The notes below the pieces were generated by a model. The model ran no database searches and was not told the DNA's origin. It was given only the letters and a program-made list of their open reading frames with translations. Position numbers and translations under genes: made by a program. Of a DNA stretch of 36,732 nucleotides, positions 31,366 to 36,732 are shown one piece after another; position 1 is the first letter of the stretch; each line of letters begins with the position of its first letter. Source of the stretch: Minisyncoccia bacterium (GTDB taxonomy: Bacteria > Patescibacteriota > Minisyncoccia > Phycocordibacterales > DATDWN01); NCBI GenBank assembly GCA_049298975.1, contig JBAQWP010000083.1, forward strand, positions 1 through 36,732. Direction: 5' to 3'.

Positions 31366-32295
31366 TTATCTCAAAATTTTATTTATATCAAAATCCTTTA
31401 TTTCCTCCCCTACAATGTAGCAAACTCTCTGTAGTGGTCTGTACCTTGAAACAAAATCTTTCTCCTTATACTCGCCATTAGGATACTGCACCCCATACTT
31501 AACAGTCGCGGTATAACCTATCTGAGGGTTGTTTATACATTTAACTTGATCCTCCTCAAGTTTCTCAACATAAATGTATTTTGTCGGCAAAATGTCAACT
31601 AGTTTAGTAATCTCTGCCTCGGTAGTACTAGCAACTCTTCCATCTTTGACTCCGAATATTTCAAAAACCGCACTGGAGTCTTCTACTTTTCCTTTTATTA
31701 CTATGGGATTTTTTGTGTCATTTAAAAATTTAAAATCAGGACCTGGATCCGAATATGTTGCATCCAAACCAACATCATAGTAAGAAACAGTAAAGCTATG
31801 ATTTGTTCTTTGTGTGACTGGTAAACCAGAATCTAAGACACTTCTAAACAAAGTCGTAGAAACTTGGCAAATTCCACCACCTATCTCCTTTTTTACTTCG
31901 CCGTTGAGAAAAACTCTCTCTCGACTATAACCCATTTCTGGTGTGGTGGTACCTAATACATCTTTAAAAGAAAATTCCTTACCAGACTCCACGATTGTAT
32001 TGTTTATTTTTGCCAAACCAATTTCTATATTTTTTTTCCTACCTTCAGTTCCTCCAACAAAACTAACCTTTGCCCTACCAAGAAGATCTAGTTTAGACAC
32101 ATCTAAGTCATTTGTCTTTGTTGTGGTAGCTTTTGCAGATCCCGTTAGTTCTGAAATACCATCTTGAATCTTATTCGAAGTATTTTTTTTACTAATTAGA
32201 AAAAAATATATAGCAACTACAGCAAGCAAAAGAGCAACAAAAAGAAAAACTGGTTCCACTTTAGGACTTCTTACTTTTTTCTTCTTGCGTGACAT
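31366..32295 (-). CDS. VanW family protein
   Basis: 309 aa. N-terminal TM helix and GGGICQVSTTLFRSVLDSGLPVTQRTNHSF, the VanW signature. Confidence 0.85.
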   Translation of the reverse strand: MSRKKKKVRSPKVEPVFLFVALLLAVVAIYFFLISKKNTSNKIQDGISELTGSAKATTTKTNDLDVSKLDLLGRAKVSFVGGTEGRKKNIEIGLAKINNTIVESGKEFSFKDVLGTTTPEMGYSRERVFLNGEVKKEIGGGICQVSTTLFRSVLDSGLPVTQRTNHSFTVSYYDVGLDATYSDPGPDFKFLNDTKNPIVIKGKVEDSSAVFEIFGVKDGRVASTTEAEITKLVDILPTKYIYVEKLEEDQVKCINNPQIGYTATVKYGVQYPNGEYKEKDFVSRYRPLQRVCYIVGEEIKDFDINKILR

Positions 32296-32338
32296 GGAAA
32301 TAATTATATCAGTAATTAAAAACTTTCATATAAAGAAG

Positions 32339-32370
32339 GAGCCGTGGTGCTTATGTCGCACACACGGCTC
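32339..32370 (-). terminator. Terminator hairpin of GC-rich cassette 4
   Basis: GAGCCGTG...CACGGCTC (8-bp stem). On the minus strand it is followed by CTTCTTTAT. A second hairpin GATGAAC-TCA-GTTCATC (32381-97) spans the stop codon. Confidence 0.5.
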
Positions 32371-32386
32371 GAGCCATCAGATGAAC

Positions 32387-32626
32387 TCAGTTCATCCTTC
32401 TACACTCACCCCCGTCACACGTTCCCACATATGCACAGGATGAGCAATCGAGACAACGCAGAAGTGCACCGTCACCACCTCCGCGAATGTCTCGCGCCAA
32501 CCCGGCACGGTCGCGCGGTGGGAGGTGGACAAGGTTCGTTGGGGCGAGTGAGTCAACCCTAACGGACGTAGTCGATGTCCTGAGGTAAGCCTGGATTTCA
32601 TACGTGGTGAAGTTGCTTCGATGCAT
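32387..32626 (-). CDS. Small Cys-rich protein (79 aa), GC-rich cassette 4; the coding strand is uncertain
   Basis: AGGAGG lies 6 nt before the ATG at 32626 (MHRSNFTTYEIQ...), and a promoter and terminator are on this strand. The C-terminus is CLDCSSCAYVGTCDGGEC. ORFs are open in three frames here, so the coding status is unsure. Confidence 0.4.
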   Translation of the reverse strand: MHRSNFTTYEIQAYLRTSTTSVRVDSLAPTNLVHLPPRDRAGLARDIRGGGDGALLRCLDCSSCAYVGTCDGGECRRMN

Positions 32627-32642
32627 AGAATCCTCCTCATAA

Positions 32643-32671
32643 ACCATACCTCTATACTAAATTCCTGTCAA
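32643..32671 (-). promoter_or_regulatory. Sigma70-type promoter of cassette 4
   Basis: Minus strand reads TTGACA - 17 nt - TATGGT. It overlaps the stop codon of the DUF1003 gene. Confidence 0.55.
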
Positions 32672-33126
32672 CTCTTTTTCTTTAAGTTTTCCACCTCCTC
32701 CAAAACCCTCTTTAGAGTTGCTTCGATGCTTGAAAGTTTGGCCTCGTCTATCCTCTCTTGGCTTTCGTCCTCTACCTCTTTTTCTATCTCATCCACGTCT
32801 TCCTGAATCTCCTCAACATCCTCTTGGATTTCATCCACATCATGCTGAATCTCATCAATATCCTCGGATATTTCCTCAACCTCCTCAGCTATGTCTTCTA
32901 TATCTTCTTCAACTTCCTCCAGACTCTCTGTGTTTCGGTTTACTGTCATCTGTATGAAAATAGCCAGATAAATAGCTTCAAGAGAAACAATAGTAGTAAG
33001 CACGAGCAGAACTGTGTCTAGTTTAAATCCAAAAAAAGGTAGAGAAAAAATTACAGCAAAGAATATTGTGTGCATCACAACCGAAGTTCTAGACCCTATC
33101 CATTTTGTAAAATTTTTCTCCCACAT
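32668..33126 (-). CDS. DUF1003-like membrane protein with acidic repeat tail
   Basis: 152 aa. Two TM helices and SLEAIYLAIFIQMTVNRN (the SLEA...QNR-type motif of DUF1003). An E/D-rich heptad-like repeat follows. Confidence 0.7.
   Translation of the reverse strand: MWEKNFTKWIGSRTSVVMHTIFFAVIFSLPFFGFKLDTVLLVLTTIVSLEAIYLAIFIQMTVNRNTESLEEVEEDIEDIAEEVEEISEDIDEIQHDVDEIQEDVEEIQEDVDEIEKEVEDESQERIDEAKLSSIEATLKRVLEEVENLKKKS
32764..32928 (-). repeat. Degenerate in-frame tandem repeats encoding an acidic (E/D)(I/V)(D/E)EIQ tract
   Basis: EEVEEDIEDIAEEVEEISEDIDEIQHDVDEIQEDVEEIQEDVDEIEKEVEDE. Confidence 0.7.
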
Positions 33127-33350
33127 ACTATTACTTATAATACACTATCCCAAACATAACAATATGTTTACTCAGATTTGTTATTAATAAAAAAATATAT
33201 TTATCTTATAAGAACAAGTGACAGTAGTGTGACAGTAGCTTCTATCCCAGGAAAAGTCACGGTTGTTTAATCAAAGAGAATTTTCACAGAAAAACCCACC
33301 ATAGATGCAGGCAGGTTATCTGTCGTATCGTAGCGGATTTATTCCCTCCC

Positions 33351-33647
33351 TCAATATAGATCAAATGTAACTAATGCACCCGATCTGGAGATGTATCTCC
33401 AAGGCCCCCTATGGTACATCTTGGCTTCACACATCTCGCGATCGTTTGGCAAAACCTCTATCCAGTCGTAGCAAACATAACTACAACCGCGAATGGTGAG
33501 TCGACGAGCTAGTTCTTCGGTTGAAGCAGACTTAGTCGTCAACTTACGGAGCAAGACATCTTTTTCTTGCTTGGTCATCCGGGACCACTTCTTCCCGGGT
33601 CGTACAAACGAAACAAACGAAATCATAAACCGAAATAACATTGTCAT
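33351..33647 (-). CDS. Hypothetical protein, GC-elevated cassette 5
   Basis: 98-aa ORF. GAGG lies 5 nt before the ATG and TTGACA is upstream at about 33695-33700. No family recognised. Confidence 0.45.
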   Translation of the reverse strand: MTMLFRFMISFVSFVRPGKKWSRMTKQEKDVLLRKLTTKSASTEELARRLTIRGCSYVCYDWIEVLPNDREMCEAKMYHRGPWRYISRSGALVTFDLY

Positions 33648-33710
33648 TTTTGCCTCGATTCTCTATCTCTCTCTTGTAGGTATGCGCTTAATATACTGTA
33701 ATGTCAATAG

Positions 33711-35291
33711 CTACTTTACCTCAAACATAAACATCATACCGCTCTCTAGGTGCTCGGCGATGTGACAGTGTGCCATCCACATTCCAGGGTTTTCCATATC
33801 GACAAGTATTTCAACGGTGTCGCCCTTCTGGATAAGTGTAGTATCCTTCCAAACCAAGTTTGTATTCTTTACACCATTGGTTGAAAGAACAAGAAACTTC
33901 TGTCCGTGAATATGAAACGGATGTTGCATAGGATGTATCGACTTTGGATCGTTGAAAATTTTAATCTTTACCTTATCCCCCTTTTTAAATTTCCAATCTA
34001 TTTTTTCGTTTGCTTTCTTTGTGTCGTTGTCGACGATCTTCCATTTCACGCTCTTCGAAGTCGACATACTGTTCATCATTTGCATGTTATCTTCCCACTC
34101 TATTTTTTCCTTGTCATTTCCTCCCATCATCATTCCGCTATTACTCATCATAGTGCCGTCTGGCATCATATGCATACCACCTGACATGCCCATTCCAGAC
34201 ATATCGATAGTAAGCGTCAGACTCTTATCCACTGGTTTGTCAAAATATTGTCGTAGTGGGTCGATACTTGCGATAGTATCTTTGTTTGTTCGAAGTGTTT
34301 GGAACTCTGTTTTGTATGACTTGTCGACATTTTCACTTGATACTTCAAAAGTAGTTATGTTATTTATTTCTTCTTTTGAGTTATGCACTAGTTTATACAT
34401 ACCTGCCCTTTCAAAAAATGCATCAATTACATATCTCTCCGAAGGTGAGATTATTATCTCATCAACAAATGTTTCCCTTTCATACTTACCATTATCCCCT
34501 CCAACAAGTTTCAACTTTACTCCTGGAATAGAAAGCCTGAAAACTCTGGTATTTGCAGTGTTTGTAATATAGAAACGAACGACTTCACCCTGTCTTATTG
34601 AAACCTTATTATCCACTACACCATTTACAAGAAAAATATTTCCGTAGCGACCCATGAGCGTATAGTTTGCTACTGCACCAAACGGCACTATGGTTAATTG
34701 CCCACTTGGGCTTTGATCCATCAAAATATCATCTACCATAAGTGGTATTTCCTTGTTTACTGGCAACCAGTAATTCGGGTCCTTGGAGGTTACAATATAG
34801 TTTCCATATAGACCAAGTTCTTGGGCGTAGTCCTCCCGAAAATGTGGATGGTACCAATACACCCCCTCATCAGGAAATTTTATTTTGTAACTAAATGATC
34901 CGCCAATGCCTACCACTTTTTGGGTTACGTCAGGAACTCCGTCATATTTATTATCTAGACGAACACCGTGTGAATGAATAGTCGTAGGAATGTCAGTATT
35001 GTTAGTAAAATTTATTGTAATCTCTGAATCCTTTGTAACTCTTAAAACCGGTCCAGGCACGGAGCCATTATATGCAAGCATTTTTATTTCTTGTCCGGCT
35101 ACAACTTTTTTTACAATGCTCGCAACAATATCATATGTTTCGCCATCTTTTAGATCTATTACTTGTGATTCGCTTGCAACTGAGGCATTTTTGACTGGTG
35201 TGTTGGACAACTTGGTCGAACTACTGTTCCATTGCCAAAAAACTCCTCCCAATAGAACCAGTCCAATTATAATTATGTAACTTTTTTTCAT
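33711..35291 (-). CDS. Multicopper oxidase (CopA/CueO-like) with Met-rich insert
   Basis: 526 aa with a signal/anchor helix. The copper ligand motifs are HSHG, WYHPH, HPFHIHG and HCHIAEHLESGMM. The Met-rich segment is MSGMGMSGGMHMMPDGTMMSNSGMMMGG. Confidence 0.9.
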   Translation of the reverse strand: MKKSYIIIIGLVLLGGVFWQWNSSSTKLSNTPVKNASVASESQVIDLKDGETYDIVASIVKKVVAGQEIKMLAYNGSVPGPVLRVTKDSEITINFTNNTDIPTTIHSHGVRLDNKYDGVPDVTQKVVGIGGSFSYKIKFPDEGVYWYHPHFREDYAQELGLYGNYIVTSKDPNYWLPVNKEIPLMVDDILMDQSPSGQLTIVPFGAVANYTLMGRYGNIFLVNGVVDNKVSIRQGEVVRFYITNTANTRVFRLSIPGVKLKLVGGDNGKYERETFVDEIIISPSERYVIDAFFERAGMYKLVHNSKEEINNITTFEVSSENVDKSYKTEFQTLRTNKDTIASIDPLRQYFDKPVDKSLTLTIDMSGMGMSGGMHMMPDGTMMSNSGMMMGGNDKEKIEWEDNMQMMNSMSTSKSVKWKIVDNDTKKANEKIDWKFKKGDKVKIKIFNDPKSIHPMQHPFHIHGQKFLVLSTNGVKNTNLVWKDTTLIQKGDTVEILVDMENPGMWMAHCHIAEHLESGMMFMFEVK

Positions 35292-35394
35292 TTCGTTATT
35301 CTAGCATTGATTACTAATAATTCAGAAATTATGAAATACTATGAAAGTAGCTCGAAACCATTACTTTCCAAAGCAAGAGAAGTCAGTTAATTTC

Positions 35395-35423
35395 TTGTAA
35401 GTTTTAAGATATTGTTGTATAAG
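35395..35423 (+). promoter_or_regulatory. Sigma70-type promoter of cassette 6
   Basis: TTGTAA - 17 nt - TATAAG. AGGAGG (35429-34) lies 5 nt before the ATG at 35440. Confidence 0.55.
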
Positions 35424-35439
35424 AAAACAGGAGGTTGAG

Positions 35440-35694
35440 ATGAAAGCAGAGTTAGAAGTTCGTGAAGGAATTCTTCTTCGATCAAAACACACACCCGCAA
35501 CAGCCATCGTTGACCATAACCACGATGGAAGTATCACTGTGAGAATGGGAAACAGAAGAATCGGACTTCGGATAAACGAAACTGGTGGAGTCGAAATCCT
35601 GACACCAGATGAAAGGATCATTGTGGACGAGATCAAGTGTCTCGAGGGGCAAGACCCGGCCTACGGAAAATTCGTTCTGGTGCAGAAAGTCTGA
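35440..35694 (+). CDS. Hypothetical small protein, GC-rich cassette 6
   Basis: 84-aa ORF with a strong SD, a promoter and a terminator. No family recognised. Confidence 0.55.
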   Translation: MKAELEVREGILLRSKHTPATAIVDHNHDGSITVRMGNRRIGLRINETGGVEILTPDERIIVDEIKCLEGQDPAYGKFVLVQKV

Positions 35695-35716
35695 CCATCA
35701 TGTCCGCCTACCAACT

Positions 35717-35750
35717 ACCTGGTTAGCTCCACAGCTAATCAGGTTTTTTA
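35717..35750 (+). terminator. Intrinsic terminator of cassette 6
   Basis: ACCTGGTTAGCT-CCAC-AGCTAATCAGGT followed by TTTTTTA. It overlaps the stop codon of the convergent Nudix gene. Confidence 0.7.
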
Positions 35751-36337
35751 TTCCACTTTTCCTTTAGTTCAATTGCTTTTTGCATTATTCTGTCACCCGC
35801 CTCTCCCCAATCAAAATATTGTTTATAATCATTTGGATCAATCAACATTATTTCCATAATTTCACCATCCGGGTCTGAAACAAATTCTCCAATTTTTTCA
35901 ACAATACACATAACTCTTGTTTGCTTTATTATTTTATCTGGTCTTTCAAAAATACTGTAACCAATAAGTTCTTGATATAGGACTTTCATATTAGTTTCTT
36001 CTTTTACTTCTCTTTCAGTGGTTTCAGTATATAACTCCCCAGGTTCAGCACTCCCGCCAGGCGGCATCCAACCATCCTTGGGATGATGAACCAAAACTAA
36101 TTGATCTTCTAAAAAACAGAATGCGTGTGAACCATCAAAATCTCTTTCATCAGAAATACCTACCAGGTCAGCTTCATCATAATATGTCTGAAATATTTTG
36201 GAACCTTCCTTACTTTGAAATGTTGCTTTGATTTTCATTTGAATTATAGACCTAGAGGGAATCGGCGTCAGCTCACTAATTTCGTCTAGCTCAATAAGTG
36301 GCTTCTGCCCGGACTCGGCGACAAGCACTCGTTTCAC
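35735..36337 (-). CDS. NUDIX hydrolase
   Basis: Nudix box GGSAEPGELYTETTEREVKEETNM. The track start is a GTG in GC-rich sequence. The ATG at 36238 (MKIKATFQ...) is an alternative start. Confidence 0.8.
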   Translation of the reverse strand: MKRVLVAESGQKPLIELDEISELTPIPSRSIIQMKIKATFQSKEGSKIFQTYYDEADLVGISDERDFDGSHAFCFLEDQLVLVHHPKDGWMPPGGSAEPGELYTETTEREVKEETNMKVLYQELIGYSIFERPDKIIKQTRVMCIVEKIGEFVSDPDGEIMEIMLIDPNDYKQYFDWGEAGDRIMQKAIELKEKWNKKPD

Positions 36338-36595
36338 TCGTCTTGTATACCGCCTCCGTCTTTCGATTCCTCCTAGATCTTACAAAAATATAGTCACAAA
36401 ATAATTCTCATTTTGTTCTTTATTTTTGTGGACTCATTGTATAAAACTTCGAACCGCCTGAAAACCTACCTTTCTCGTTTCTGGGATTACTATCAGACTA
36501 GCCCCGCCCTTCAAGAAAGCCTTGGAGGAATGGCTGCTATCTGACCTCCGGGGATACACCATAGGGATATCAGATAACCATGAATAAACACGAAC

Positions 36596-36732
36596 ATGAG
36601 AAAGCCAAAAGAAATTGAGGAACTGATCAAACGAGCGATCCGAGATGAAATCGATTTGTATCCTCTCAAGTCAGTGGCCCAGGTTCGTAATACTCTCTAT
36701 CGGCATGGCTACCAATCTCTCCGAGGCGAACT
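36596..36732 (+). CDS. Partial ORF running off the window (GC-elevated region 7)
   Basis: Hand translation gives MRKPKEIEELIKRAIRDEIDLYPLKSVAQVRNTLYRHGYQSLRGE..., with no stop before the window end. No SD seen. Confidence 0.3.
   Translation, partial: MRKPKEIEELIKRAIRDEIDLYPLKSVAQVRNTLYRHGYQSLRGE

Noticed and set aside
32381-32397. GATGAAC-TCA-GTTCATC as a second LexA box
   Set aside because: The spacer is 3 nt, not the 4 nt of the Cheo box. It also sits at the 3' end of an ORF, where it more plausibly acts as part of a terminator.
32344-32562. Plus-strand His/Arg-rich 72-aa ORF in the 32.3-32.65 kb island
   Set aside because: Its apparent SD (GAAGGAG) is part of the terminator stem of the opposite strand. 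It has no good promoter or terminator of its own. I kept it as an explicit alternative in the finding because the coding strand is not proven.
1308-34572. Numerous 60-200-aa antisense or alternative-frame ORFs inside recognised genes (e.g. 1308..1595, 2963..3307, 3361..3729, 16714..17229, 21419..21865, 33952..34572)
   Set aside because: Each is fully embedded in a confidently identified gene on the opposite strand or in another frame. They have low-complexity, Ser/Phe/Leu-rich translations typical of antisense AT-rich coding sequence.
36445-36465. GGTTCGAAG (minus strand) resembling a tRNA T-loop
   Set aside because: The flanking bases do not form a T-stem, and no acceptor or anticodon arms can be drawn. 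I found no tRNA in the window.
22990-36732. Integron/attC cassette array as the explanation for the GC-rich islands
   Set aside because: The cassettes have their own promoters, have mixed orientation and are separated by native genes. No intI integrase is present, and I found no shared attC-like imperfect palindrome ending in GTTRRRY.

Overview
This is a tightly packed, low-GC bacterial chromosome fragment. The gene content suggests a reduced-genome, Patescibacteria/CPR-like organism, but that assignment is inference only: short tRNA synthetases, an rplQ-rplM-rpsI fusion of operons, a sigma-region-4/HARE-HTH protein and DUF5671/DUF1003-type membrane proteins.

Left part (1-22.9 kb): 26 consecutive minus-strand genes, almost all housekeeping. 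They are rpsI, rplM, rplQ, rpoA, rpsD, rpsK, rpsM, rpmJ (missing from the ORF track, found by hand), infA, an FtsA/PilM-like ATPase, alaS, a family-4 UDG, an ATP-cone/nuclease fusion, mnmA, GNAT, mltG, leuS, cupin, ychF and a CCA-adding-like nucleotidyltransferase. Three things interrupt this run: a ~730-bp IS200/RAYT-like unit flanked by identical 23-nt hairpins, with a third copy inside its own ORF; a ~107-nt GC-rich multi-stem element at 12653-12759; and a GC-rich structured patch at the window start.

Right part (23-36.7 kb): this part is accessory-like. Native AT-rich genes are a Kef-type antiporter, a second MltG paralog, a SurA-N-like chaperone, dinB with a Cheo-type LexA box in its promoter, VanW, DUF1003, a multicopper oxidase and Nudix. 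Interleaved with them are at least seven short islands of clearly higher G+C. Each island carries one orphan ORF. Most have a near-consensus sigma70 promoter, a strong AGGAGG-type Shine-Dalgarno and a GC-rich intrinsic terminator. The native genes essentially lack Shine-Dalgarno sequences.

This mosaic of foreign-looking, self-contained single-gene cassettes is my main candidate for something undescribed. I cannot assign it a function or a mobility mechanism from sequence alone. I saw no rRNA, tRNA, CRISPR array, reverse transcriptase or integrase.
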